A DNA stretch of 64,000 nt from Candidatus Poribacteria bacterium (lineage in GTDB: Bacteria > Poribacteria > WGA-4E > WGA-3G), in assembly GCA_963665235.2 (NCBI GenBank), contig CAXXLX010000001.1, positions 4,256,001 through 4,320,000 of the forward strand, in the 5' to 3' direction. Position 1 is the first letter of the stretch. Each line of letters starts with the position of its first letter. The notes beneath the pieces were generated by a model. It did no database searches, was not told the DNA's origin, and saw only the letters and a program-made list of their open reading frames with translations. Made by a program: the position numbers and the translations under genes. Positions 41,705 to 51,888 of this stretch are shown piece after piece.

Positions 41705-42646
41705 GTGCACAAACATAACCACCAACATCATCACGACGAAACGCACCCACACGGCCATCAAATCCATCTTCAGAAGAAATTTAAGGTAGCTGTCCTTGTG
41801 ACGTTTTGCGTTTTTCTCGGAGAAGTTATCGGAGGAATTTGGTCGGGGAGCCTCGCGTTGCTAAGCGATGCTGTGCACATGATGTCCGATACGCTTTCGC
41901 TTCTCATCAGCTGGTTGGCAATCTATCTCTCGACGCGTCCAGCGACTTCGTCTCGGACGTACGGGTATCACCGTGCTGAGGTTTTCGCCGCATTTTTGAA
42001 CGGGGTGTCGCTTATCGGCATTTCCGGTTGGATTTTTTATGAAGCTTATCAACGGTACACGTCCCCGGAGCCGATTAAAACGGTAGGGATGCTTATTGTG
42101 GCGTGCCTCGGTTTTGTAGCGAACCTTATCATCTTATGGCAACTGCACGGTGAAAGTCATAGCAACCTTAACGTTCGGAGTGCGGTGCTTCACGTGATAG
42201 GGGACACGCTATCTTCAGTGACTGTTGTTGTCGGTGGGCTGGTGATCTATTGGACCGGGTGGTACCAGATTGATGCGGTCCTCAGTTTCCTCATCGGTGG
42301 GATTATCCTCTTCGGGGCACTTCATGTTACAAGAGAGGCGGTGCATATCCTGCTTGAAAATTCCCCCCGGGATATTGACGCGGCCACCGTAGCAAAGCAT
42401 ATCTGCAATTTAGCTCCTGTCAAAGAGGTACACGACATGCACATTTGGTCATTGTGTTCCAACTATCGGGCGTTGAGTGCCCATGTTGTGGTTCATGAAA
42501 ACACCGTTTCAACCCCTGATCAGATTCTACAACAGATTAACGCTGAGTTGCAAACACATTTTGGTATCGGACATACCACGCTTCAATTAGAGCAGATTGA
42601 ATGTGCGCAAGCGGGGAATCTCCTATGTAATGCTCAGCATCAGTGA
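41705..42646 (+). CDS. Cation diffusion facilitator (CzcD/ZitB-like)
   Basis: His-rich N-terminus, SLALLSDAVH, HVIGD and HDMHIW motifs. Confidence 0.92.
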   Translation: MHKHNHQHHHDETHPHGHQIHLQKKFKVAVLVTFCVFLGEVIGGIWSGSLALLSDAVHMMSDTLSLLISWLAIYLSTRPATSSRTYGYHRAEVFAAFLNGVSLIGISGWIFYEAYQRYTSPEPIKTVGMLIVACLGFVANLIILWQLHGESHSNLNVRSAVLHVIGDTLSSVTVVVGGLVIYWTGWYQIDAVLSFLIGGIILFGALHVTREAVHILLENSPRDIDAATVAKHICNLAPVKEVHDMHIWSLCSNYRALSAHVVVHENTVSTPDQILQQINAELQTHFGIGHTTLQLEQIECAQAGNLLCNAQHQ

Positions 42647-43179
42647 TGTGCTTTTAAGCGATGTGCTTCGCGAATCAGTTCATTATTTTTAGAAAACTTT
42701 TGTGTGGCTTTGACGAGGCCATCTACGTGTGAGTCCATATCCTTCTCGACCTGTACAATCCTGTTTATCAAGTAAGGTTGATTGCTCTGCTGGATTGCTT
42801 TTCTCATGATGGAGAGCAGGTACATATAGATGGTATCCGCTTCGCTTCCCTCAATTGCAATGGCAATTGCGAATGCTTCATCCAACGAAATTATGCCGCT
42901 ATTTACTTTCCGCTCATGTGCATCTAGTTTGTCTGTAATTTGCTGAATAGGGATATCCGGCAATTCTGTCACAGGTGCATCCATTCCGAAGGTTTTAGCG
43001 CATAAGGAGCGTCCGAAATCCACGAGAATGTAGTGTTGCCATTCCTCTGTGCTCATTCGTTCCCAAAACCGCGCAATTCGCTCATCGATGTTCCCCAGAA
43101 GTAGTGAGAAAGAGGCATATAATTTGGCCTGTCGCAATTCAATGTCTTGGCAAAGATTAAAGAGTTCACCTAATGTCAA
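42640..43179 (-). CDS. Ferritin/rubrerythrin-like protein
   Basis: IE...Y, EE..H and AIAIE pattern of four-helix diiron folds. Confidence 0.55.
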   Translation of the reverse strand: MTLGELFNLCQDIELRQAKLYASFSLLLGNIDERIARFWERMSTEEWQHYILVDFGRSLCAKTFGMDAPVTELPDIPIQQITDKLDAHERKVNSGIISLDEAFAIAIAIEGSEADTIYMYLLSIMRKAIQQSNQPYLINRIVQVEKDMDSHVDGLVKATQKFSKNNELIREAHRLKAHH

Positions 43180-43211
43180 TTTTTCACCTTTCTAAAATTC
43201 ATAGCGTTCGT

Positions 43212-44249
43212 CTACATTTGAAGAGGCAAAGGAATTGCTGTCCCGGACGACATGCTCCGCGTGACGGCTTCTGTAAATTCCATATATTTTACCCCTGTGT
43301 CAAAATCGGTATGTGTAATAATTTCGGTGCCGCGGATGGCATTGACAAATTCAGTTTCAACTCGCCACGCGCCTTCTTCGGCAGGCGGGATATCAATCTC
43401 GTGCAATTCTGCATCCTCTTTTTGTCCCCCGTAGAGCCGATTGTCGGAGAATCGTAACGTGCCGCGGCTTCCAAAAATAAGGGCTTCCGGGGCACCTGCT
43501 AACCCTGTAACGGCAGAAATCTGTATATGGAGTTGCGCGCCACATGCAAGCTCGCCAACAACGTCAATATGTTCAGGAATTCGTACTGCACGCATGCCCC
43601 CATCGGCATCGGGCCGCATTTTGACGAATGTTTTGCCCATCGCCATAATTCGTGTTGCTTCCCCGACCCATCGCATCAACGCCTCGTACCAGATGCCGAG
43701 GCTCATGATGTTAAATCCGCTCAGGTCGAAGTCTTGTCGCCATTGTAACGGTGCATCGCTATTTAGGAACGCGCCGCCTGCACGCACTTCAACCGCTAGC
43801 ACATCTCCGATGTACCCTTCGGCGATGTGTCGCTTTATCGCCTTATCGACGCGTAACGTCATCGGGGAGGGGACAATCTGTGCGGTGAGATGCGATTTTC
43901 GCCGGGCCATCAGCCGCATTGCATGTGCCTCACGTGCGTTCATCGCCATGCGTGCTTCACACATCACATGCTTGTTTGCCATAAGCGCACTGACTGTCGC
44001 ACGGCAGTGCATGTAGGGCCATGTTCCGATGACTATGGCGTTCGTCTCTTTATCAGCGATGACATCCTGCCAGTTATCGTAGATTTTTGGGATACCAAAC
44101 TCGTCAGCGACGCGTTGGGAAGATTCCCTGCTTCGATTGCAAACGCCGATGATTTCAACATCTTCAATGGCTTGTAGTCCTGGGATATGTCGTGATTTTG
44201 TATTTCTGCCCGCGCCGATGATGCCGACTCGGACTGTTTCTGCTGCCAC
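43212..44249 (-). CDS. Gfo/Idh/MocA oxidoreductase
   Basis: VGIIGAG, VCNR and KHVMCE motifs. Confidence 0.88.
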   Translation of the reverse strand: MAAETVRVGIIGAGRNTKSRHIPGLQAIEDVEIIGVCNRSRESSQRVADEFGIPKIYDNWQDVIADKETNAIVIGTWPYMHCRATVSALMANKHVMCEARMAMNAREAHAMRLMARRKSHLTAQIVPSPMTLRVDKAIKRHIAEGYIGDVLAVEVRAGGAFLNSDAPLQWRQDFDLSGFNIMSLGIWYEALMRWVGEATRIMAMGKTFVKMRPDADGGMRAVRIPEHIDVVGELACGAQLHIQISAVTGLAGAPEALIFGSRGTLRFSDNRLYGGQKEDAELHEIDIPPAEEGAWRVETEFVNAIRGTEIITHTDFDTGVKYMEFTEAVTRSMSSGTAIPLPLQM

Positions 44250-44332
44250 TTTTTTTTGCTCCTTTCGTTATTTGTGTCGTGTTACCTATTTTAGCAGAAA
44301 GAGGGGCAAAATGTCAAGCTGCAATTTAGTCT

Positions 44333-45263
44333 GGGTGTGTAAAGTTTTTGTACGTCTGCGATATTTTTTCTGAAGAAAAATCAAACCATTGGCAACTAAT
44401 ACCATTTCTAATTGGAAATGTCTCTTTATTGGAGCATAAACTTCCAGTTTGTGTTCTTTCTTGTAGCATAAACTTCCAGTTTGTGTTCTTTCTTGTAGCA
44501 TAAACTTCCAGTTTGTGCTCTTTATCGTAGCATAAACTTCCAGTTTGTGTTCTCATGGCGTTTTGACATAAGACAATACCTCCTGGGACAATTCTGTAGC
44601 ATAAACTTCCAGTTTGTTCTTTCTTGTAGCATAAACTTCCAGTTTGTGCTCTTTATCGTAGCATAAACTTCCAGTTTGTGCATAAACTTCCAGTTTGTTC
44701 TTTCTTGTCTCTTTATCGTAGCATAAACTTCCAGTTTGGGTCTTCCGTTCTCCGTTTCATTTCTAACAACCGGTAATGATAGAATAATTAATAAAAATGG
44801 TATAACATAACAGAGAACCAAAACATTTTTCGGAGGAACGCGGCACGGTTTGCAACTCACCTGACCAGACATCGATAGCGAAAGTGTCACATTTCTTTTT
44901 TTTTGAAAATCGTCCAAGGGGGGTGTAAACGGCGGACAAACATAGATGGGGCGGGCGTTTGGGCACATTCAGCACCGAGAACCATAAGTTACACTTTGTG
45001 TCGAAAGTGTAACTTATGCACACAAATAGCACAAAAAAGTAGGGGGCAGAACGATAAGAAAAGTAGGCAGGACAGATACCTGAAATCCGCGCTCGAAATG
45101 ACACATTTTGTTTTTTTTGTGTTGCGAAAAAGATAGGGGTAAACCGCTTACAAACATAGACGTGGCGTGAGTTTGTGCGACTGCAGCACTGAGAAGTAAA
45201 TGTTACACTTTGTGTCAAAAGTGTAACATTTCCACCGGTTTTGTACAAAAACTTTACGCACCC
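44333..45263. mobile_element. 931-bp non-autonomous IS256-like element with nested repeats
   Basis: 21-bp TIRs GGGTGTGTAAAGTTTTTGTAC / GTACAAAAACTTTACGCACCC. 8-bp TSD TTTAGTCT at 44325-44332 and 45264-45271. Confidence 0.8.
44399..44804. repeat. Nested repeat element with tandem GTAGCATAAACTTCCAGTTTG units
   Basis: About 9 units between ATACCATTT / AAATGGTAT ends. Shorter inverted copy at 53261-53444. Confidence 0.75.
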
Positions 45264-45338
45264 TTTAGTCTTGACATTCAAACCGATAAGTGGTAACATA
45301 TTAGGTAAAGCTATATCAAAAAAAAATCAAAGGATAAC

Positions 45339-47363
45339 ATGAGAAAAATAATCACTACCGAACGTTTGTTACAATTTTGTGCACTTACATTAATTTTTTC
45401 GCTTTTTCTGCTAAAAGAGGTTTCCGCCGTAGAATTTATCAAATTAGAACGGGAATTTTCAGGTAAAGGCACAACCCAAGGGAGCTTCGGCAAAGATATT
45501 CACCTCGCTTTTAAGCAGAATATCTACGTCAGTGACACGGAGAATCGGCTTATCCAGAAGCTGTCACCGGCCGGGGAATTTCTTTTTCAAATTCCGGCGA
45601 ACCCGGAATCTTCTGATAACATTTTGCGGAAGCCGGGGCATATTGCCGTGGATAACGATGGAAATATCTATGTCGCCGATGCAACCGCGCATCACATCGC
45701 TAAAACGGTCGAGCCGAAAATCTACATGTTCGCACCATGTGTTCATAAATTTAGTCCAACGGGGGAGTTGCAACATACCTATTTCGTTGACCGGGTGGAT
45801 GAACGTCCGGGTGTAGTTTTACCCGCAAAACTGATTATTGACGAAGAGGGTAAGACCGCCTTCGGCATTCAACCTGCTGGACACGACCGCACGCTTCGCA
45901 TCGCTGTCAATGCCCAAAACCAAATCTATATCTTAGACGCGAAACGGGGACGTATCCATAAGTTCGCTGCGGATGGAGAAAAGATGCACACCTTCGGTAG
46001 ATACGGTGGCGGGGCAGGAGAATTTGATAGAGATGCCGCCGATATTGCTCTCGATGCCCGCGGAAATGTTTTCGTGGCAGATACAGGTAATCACCGTATC
46101 GTTAAATTTGATGCTGATGGACAATTTCTACGGAGCTTCGGGAGAAAAGGACGCGGAAACGGCGAATTTGTAAAACCGATGGCACTCGTTACACTGCCTA
46201 CAGGTGAGATTTTAGTCAAGGATGAAAGTCGATTCCGTAGAAAAGTCGGCGGGTTGCCTGAGGTTATCGCGCTCTCCCCAACATTGACACAGCTGACAGA
46301 GAGCTCCCCAGGACAGGCGAATCTTGCCAATACAATTACGAATGCAACCCAACCACAATACGGCCCGTTTGCACAAAACCCGATGGAAACCGTTGATACG
46401 GCTTCTCTGAATCGCCGGTTACGCTTGCTTGAAGAGGCGGAATACAGCCGGTATTATGATTATGAAACAGACGATGAAGCAGATGAAGAACTGGCTGAAG
46501 AACTCAAACGGAAAGATATCCGATTGACGTTGTTTCATAATGTCATCTCACGTATCCAAAAGTTTGATAACAGTGGCAACTATGTCGGGCGGATTGTTTA
46601 TGAAACCGATCAGCTCAGTGAGAAAAGGCATGACCTCACGTTCCTCGATTTTGACGGTTCCGGTTATCTCTATTTGCGAGACACGAGTGACTTCACTATC
46701 GCGCAATATTCCGTTACAGGGTTCACTGTGAAACCCTCCCACATGAACGGGTTTTACAGCACCCGTATCGCTAATCTTAGCAACAACTATCTAGAGGATT
46801 ATGAAGATATCGATATATCAACCGATGTTCAGGATGAGCTGAACCAGTTAGAACTTAAGAATCTATTCGGATGGACCTATAGTATCTCTGAACGGTGGCA
46901 TTTAACTTTCCTTGACGAGTTGACTTACGCGGAGCAGGACGAGCGGTATGTCACCCCCGCTAAGGTAGAGGATAGCTACGATTTTCAAACCCGGGCGTTG
47001 GAGAATGCATTCGCTGCTAATCTGAAGTTTATCACAAATCCTAATCCGTATCGGTATAAGGAGTTAAATCTGTCCATCGGCCGTGTTGATGGTACGTCTG
47101 ATTTGACACAGGATGCCCTTTTCCCTGAACTGAACAAACAGCATAGAGAAGACACGGGGGATGCTACTTCTACAGTGATAGAGCTGAATTGGGATATTTG
47201 GTCACGGGCAAATCTGTGGTTCCGCTATGCTGACCTGAATCCTGCCGATACAAGCCGCAATTTTGTGCGCCGATTTTACGATGTTTCTGGTGACCTCTAC
47301 GAAGTTTTTGGAAGTCGCAATGAGGCACGTCAATTTCTCGGTGAATTGACGATAAAGTTCTGA
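45339..47363 (+). CDS. Secreted NHL-repeat protein
   Basis: Signal peptide and repeated IAVD..GNIYVAD..N.RI.KF units. TTGACA at 45271 upstream. Confidence 0.85.
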   Translation: MRKIITTERLLQFCALTLIFSLFLLKEVSAVEFIKLEREFSGKGTTQGSFGKDIHLAFKQNIYVSDTENRLIQKLSPAGEFLFQIPANPESSDNILRKPGHIAVDNDGNIYVADATAHHIAKTVEPKIYMFAPCVHKFSPTGELQHTYFVDRVDERPGVVLPAKLIIDEEGKTAFGIQPAGHDRTLRIAVNAQNQIYILDAKRGRIHKFAADGEKMHTFGRYGGGAGEFDRDAADIALDARGNVFVADTGNHRIVKFDADGQFLRSFGRKGRGNGEFVKPMALVTLPTGEILVKDESRFRRKVGGLPEVIALSPTLTQLTESSPGQANLANTITNATQPQYGPFAQNPMETVDTASLNRRLRLLEEAEYSRYYDYETDDEADEELAEELKRKDIRLTLFHNVISRIQKFDNSGNYVGRIVYETDQLSEKRHDLTFLDFDGSGYLYLRDTSDFTIAQYSVTGFTVKPSHMNGFYSTRIANLSNNYLEDYEDIDISTDVQDELNQLELKNLFGWTYSISERWHLTFLDELTYAEQDERYVTPAKVEDSYDFQTRALENAFAANLKFITNPNPYRYKELNLSIGRVDGTSDLTQDALFPELNKQHREDTGDATSTVIELNWDIWSRANLWFRYADLNPADTSRNFVRRFYDVSGDLYEVFGSRNEARQFLGELTIKF

Positions 47364-47378
47364 TGGAGCCGTATAGCT

Positions 47379-48356
47379 ATGGAGTTTCGTGCGCTTTATC
47401 CTGATGAATTTGAGACGTGGTTGGACCATGTTGCACATGTCTTTTCCGCAGGTCGGCAATACTTTTCTAATCATTGGTATAACGACCCGTGGAGAGATGT
47501 AGCAGGTATTCGCGTTGCGGTGGATGATGGCAAAATTGTTAGCACAGTGCGGGTTTTTATACGGAAGATGTTTTTGCACGGTGAACCTATATCTGTCGGA
47601 GGTATTGGGGAGGTGAGTACTCGTCCTGAATATCGTCGACAAGGTATTGCTACGCAGCTTCTCAAAGATTCTATTGCGTTTATGGAAGACCGCGAAATTG
47701 CTATCTCTCTGCTGCACGGAAGTCAACGTATCTATTCAGGTGAAGGCTGGCAAAAGGTGCCACGGTATTATGCGAAGATAACTCTGTCTGCCCAAAAACA
47801 GACCCAATGGCGTATCTGTCCTATCAACTTTGAAAATGAAAATGAGGTCGAGCAGCTCGCTGCCCTCTACGACACTTATTCTCGCAAATTTAATGGACCT
47901 TTCGTTAGGGACAATAGGGCATATTGGACCGATTGGGTAAAGACTGAATCTCCAAGCACATGGGGGGTTGAACGTGATGGTGTTATTGAAGGTTATATCG
48001 CAATTAGAAAACAGAATGGACAGCTGCATGTGAAGGAGTTTGCTGTTTCAGATGCGGTGTTTGAACAAAATAACGCGAAGGTTTTTTTTGAGATGGTGTT
48101 ATCTGATATTATAGCACAGCTGGATGCGGAGCGTTTTTTGGTAGAGTATCCCGCGCCGCTCGCTGATGGGTTCAATGCCCCGACGGTTGAGCCGCGTGGG
48201 AGTACGATGTACCGTGTGATTCTACCCGACGCGTTACCGTCAGCTTTTGCGGAAAAATCGGGCGATGTGTTTCCGAATCTTCTGCATGAGCAGGTGGAAT
48301 CTCTGCGGCAACCTATCCGGTCACATCACGTCTTTTGGTCGACGGATGGGTTTTGA
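47379..48356 (+). CDS. GNAT acetyltransferase (Eis-like)
   Basis: GIGEVSTRPEYRRQGIA acetyl-CoA motif. Confidence 0.85.
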   Translation: MEFRALYPDEFETWLDHVAHVFSAGRQYFSNHWYNDPWRDVAGIRVAVDDGKIVSTVRVFIRKMFLHGEPISVGGIGEVSTRPEYRRQGIATQLLKDSIAFMEDREIAISLLHGSQRIYSGEGWQKVPRYYAKITLSAQKQTQWRICPINFENENEVEQLAALYDTYSRKFNGPFVRDNRAYWTDWVKTESPSTWGVERDGVIEGYIAIRKQNGQLHVKEFAVSDAVFEQNNAKVFFEMVLSDIIAQLDAERFLVEYPAPLADGFNAPTVEPRGSTMYRVILPDALPSAFAEKSGDVFPNLLHEQVESLRQPIRSHHVFWSTDGF

Positions 48357-48627
48357 GGGGTGTGTAAAGTTTTTGTCAAAGGGATAGGTGGAAGGCTGGA
48401 AGGCTGGAAGGCTGGAAGAATGGGTTTCGCGTGTGTGTTGTCTGAATCGCGGATTAGCGCGGAGGACGCGGAGAACGCGGAATTAAGAGAGCCTTTGTTA
48501 CCAACACGTCTCTTGCAAAAGGAAAGGGCCGAGACACAAAAGGATTTTCCGCGTCCTCTGTGTTCTCCGCGCCTTCCGTGATTCAGACAAAAAGAGAATA
48601 GACCTCACACAAGAGAAACATTAAAGA

Positions 48628-48782
48628 ACGCAAGTTTGAAAAAAGTTTTGACCTAGGGCGTTCTCTGGTAGTTTTAGCAAAAACGGAAGACCCAAACTAG
48701 AAAGTTTGTGCTACAATTACACCGCTTTTTTTCGCAATGGAAAGTGTCTACAGCATACGGACATTTATTATCAAGCTCACGT
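48628..48782. mobile_element. MITE related to 832-1134
   Basis: GTTTGAAAAAAGTTTTGACC ... TTATCAAGCTCACGT ends. Confidence 0.6.
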
Positions 48783-48855
48783 TATACTACAAACGGAAGA
48801 ACAGTGAGGACGACGGGCAATGAATTGCCCCTACTACAAATAGGAGAATAGCGGA

Positions 48856-48995
48856 GGTCGCGTGCGAAGCACACTCCTACATAAGAGAAGGTATCGCGTG
48901 CGAAGCACACTCCTACATAAGAGAAGGTATCGCGTGCGAAGCACACTCCTACATAAGAGAAGGTATCGCGTGCACGGCACGCTCCTACAGAGGAG
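48856..48995. repeat. Four tandem ~33-bp REP-like units
   Basis: CGCGTGC..AGCACACTCCTAC units. Same family as 61230-62065. Confidence 0.8.
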
Positions 48996-49005
48996 AGGAG
49001 GATGT

Positions 49006-50823
49006 ATGAGCCCTAATCAATTGACGCAGTGGATTGGTAAAAACCGGTTGAGCTCGAACGAAATAGAGAGCAATCGCTTTTTAAAAGCTGCCGGTCTCTT
49101 TGCAGATACGGCTGTTCAATACGGGAGAGATAGATATAGCGGTAAAGATATGCCGCTCTTTGCTGATTGTCTCCATACCGACTATTTAAAGGCACCCAGG
49201 TCGATGACATCTCACCGCTCTGGCAGCGAGCCGAAGCCTACGGTGTGGTGTTTCTTTCAGAATCAGCAGAATCTGATGCGGTTGCTGGCTTCTTTAAGCC
49301 AATTCACCGGAGATAGCAAATATGTCCAGGCCGCAGGAGAAGCTGCTGAATATATGTTTAACAACTACTGGTATCCAGAAAGTGGGGTTTTGCATTGGGG
49401 CGGACACGGTTATGTGGATTTGGCAACCGGTAATAGATACGGCATGAAGGGTGTTGTTCACGAAATAGAGGACGTATATCCATATTGGGAATTGCTGAGA
49501 GCTGTGAATCCAGAGCGCGGTGAGATGCTGATGAAGGGTATTTGGGAAGCAAATATTAAAGACTGGGATGCCCTGCATTACAATCGACACGGTGATTTCA
49601 AAAAACAGGTTGAGCTTGCTAATACCTGGAATAGACCCTGGCATGGATACAAACCCCCCAAAATCAGCGGCGATCTTTCGTTTATCAGTGTAGCTTTGGA
49701 TATGGCTTATGCTGCTTATAGCTTGGGCTATCAAAGGCAGGAGACAGCACCACGTATTTGGGCGGAACGTTTGCTAAATCTGATTATAGAACAACGTGAC
49801 CCAGAGACCGGTATTTGGCCTAATCTCGTTCATCCGCAAAGTGCTAAACGGGGGATTAATGTGTTCGGTAGAAAATACCCGCAGGCAACGGAACCGAGGG
49901 TCTATGTAGGCAATCTGCTGAATCACACTATTACCCAGATGATGGGTATGCTTACAATCGTAGAAAATGCCCAAAAGTATGAGCACGTTGACGAAATGGC
50001 ACATATCAAAGTGGCAGTTGAACAACATATCATCGGTTTCCTAAACGCCTCATACTCTCCGGAAAGCAATACGTTGAGAAGCATTATTATTGATGGTACC
50101 GATTTAACGGATTTTCGGATAAAGGGCCCGTTCAAGACAGAGAAGCTCTACTTTGGCGCGAAGGAAGGCGGTGCGTTTCTGCCGCAAAATATTACGCCGC
50201 TTTTTACGTCCGTTTGTGCCCGTGGATACCGGGTTTCTGGGGGTAAAGGTGCGTTCAGAGATTACCTACGCACTATGTTTAATGCCTTCGGACTCGGAGA
50301 CATCGGGGTTGATACAAACTGCAACCCCTCGCTGAATTTTGGGACGACTGCCGTGGAACCTGCTTTTATTTTCGCACTGGTAGATTTGTACCGGGTTGAA
50401 CCGAAGCCGGAATTTCTGTCAATGGCGGAGCATATAGGGGATAACCTGCTTCGGGTTAGACAGCATGCCGATAGCGGTCTTTTTACACTGGAAGATGAAT
50501 TTATACTCCATAACCAAATTATGGATATGCCGACCCTACAGGAGGGGCACGAAGGGAAAAGTGTGAGTGACATCTTGCAGGCGGGCCATAAAACCGCTAA
50601 TCTAGATGCAATGGAGCCGTTAGCACTGCTTAGCATCTATGCTGCACAAACGGGACACTATGACATGATGCCAGCTTGGACAGCCGGTGGCCTTTACCTT
50701 AAGGTAAGTAGTGTCGGGCACATTGTGAACAAAGAGATGCAGCTATGGTTTGATAAACCCGCGTTAAAGCAATTTTATCAGGAGCATAATATTAACTGTA
50801 CCTGGTCGATTGACGAGGGGTAA
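49006..50823 (+). CDS. PL2-like (periplasmic pectate lyase family) protein
   Basis: QQNLMRLL..LS..TGD..Y, LHWGGH, HE and NRHG motifs. GAGGAG RBS. Confidence 0.7.
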   Translation: MSPNQLTQWIGKNRLSSNEIESNRFLKAAGLFADTAVQYGRDRYSGKDMPLFADCLHTDYLKAPRSMTSHRSGSEPKPTVWCFFQNQQNLMRLLASLSQFTGDSKYVQAAGEAAEYMFNNYWYPESGVLHWGGHGYVDLATGNRYGMKGVVHEIEDVYPYWELLRAVNPERGEMLMKGIWEANIKDWDALHYNRHGDFKKQVELANTWNRPWHGYKPPKISGDLSFISVALDMAYAAYSLGYQRQETAPRIWAERLLNLIIEQRDPETGIWPNLVHPQSAKRGINVFGRKYPQATEPRVYVGNLLNHTITQMMGMLTIVENAQKYEHVDEMAHIKVAVEQHIIGFLNASYSPESNTLRSIIIDGTDLTDFRIKGPFKTEKLYFGAKEGGAFLPQNITPLFTSVCARGYRVSGGKGAFRDYLRTMFNAFGLGDIGVDTNCNPSLNFGTTAVEPAFIFALVDLYRVEPKPEFLSMAEHIGDNLLRVRQHADSGLFTLEDEFILHNQIMDMPTLQEGHEGKSVSDILQAGHKTANLDAMEPLALLSIYAAQTGHYDMMPAWTAGGLYLKVSSVGHIVNKEMQLWFDKPALKQFYQEHNINCTWSIDEG

Positions 50824-50968
50824 GTGAAAAAGATTGTGATAGTCCGTATATCCGCCCGCGGGAGAGGGGAAAAGAGGGTCGCGTGCACAGCACGCGCCTA
50901 CATAAGAGTCTACGGAAATACTGAAGAAACGGGCAATAAATTGCCCTACTACATAAGAGGTAAAGAAA

Positions 50969-51805
50969 TTGAAACTTGGCGTATCTACTTATTCGTATTG
51001 GCATTTTACACCTGAACGCGTTCCGATTGAAGAGGTAATTGAGGCGGCTGCCCGACTTGAATTGGATGGCGTTGAAATTTTACATCAACAGATGGCTTCG
51101 GAGGCTACCCCGTATCTTCAAAAACTGAAACGGCTCTCCTTTATTCACGGGCTAGATCTGTATGCTCTCTCTATTCACCAAGGTTTTGTTTCGCCGGACT
51201 CGCAGGTGCGGCAAAGAAATATCAATCACACGGTGCATTGCATCCGGCTGGCACATGAACTCGGTATTCCCGCAATCCGCCTTAACTCAGGACGGTGGGG
51301 GACTGTCAAATCTTTTGATGAATTGATGAAGACAGAGGGGCAGGAGCCGACACTCCCTGGGCACACAGTGGATGAGGCGTTTGGATGGGTGATTGACTCT
51401 ATTGAAGAATGTCTCCCGGATGCGGAGAAGTACGGTGTTATCCTGGCACTGGAAAATCACTGGGGATTGACCTGTACCCCGGAGGGTGTTAATCGCATTG
51501 TGTCTGCTATCAATTCAGAATGGCTAAAGGTGACGATGGATTGTGGTAATTTTCTGTCGGAGCCGTACCAGAAATTGGAGCAGATTGCACCTGAGACGGT
51601 GCTTGTTCACGCGAAAACGTATTACGGCGGTGGTGAATGGTATACCCTAGACCTTGATTACGCTAGAATTGGTGAGATTCTGCGGGAGGTCGGGTTTCAA
51701 GGCTACGTCTCGATTGAATTTGAAGGGAAAGCAGACGCGGATGTCGGGGTTCCGAAAAGTGTGACGATGCTGCGTGCGGCTCTTGATAATAAAAGCAATA
51801 CGTAA
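50969..51805 (+). CDS. Sugar phosphate isomerase/epimerase
   Basis: LENHWG, DCGNF, HAK and G.VSIEFEG motifs. TTG start. Confidence 0.88.
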   Translation: MKLGVSTYSYWHFTPERVPIEEVIEAAARLELDGVEILHQQMASEATPYLQKLKRLSFIHGLDLYALSIHQGFVSPDSQVRQRNINHTVHCIRLAHELGIPAIRLNSGRWGTVKSFDELMKTEGQEPTLPGHTVDEAFGWVIDSIEECLPDAEKYGVILALENHWGLTCTPEGVNRIVSAINSEWLKVTMDCGNFLSEPYQKLEQIAPETVLVHAKTYYGGGEWYTLDLDYARIGEILREVGFQGYVSIEFEGKADADVGVPKSVTMLRAALDNKSNT

Positions 51806-51888
51806 TTGGGATATGGTGTGGTTGGCGGGCGTTGTGCCCGCCAATGACTCTTTCTCTAAAGCGAGGTTACAAATCCCTCCTCCCCTCG

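Noticed and set aside
44430-44740. Possible CRISPR array (GTAGCATAAACTTCCAGTTTG)
   Set aside because: Intervening sequences are mostly 0-15 nt and similar to each other. The array sits inside a dispersed repeat element.
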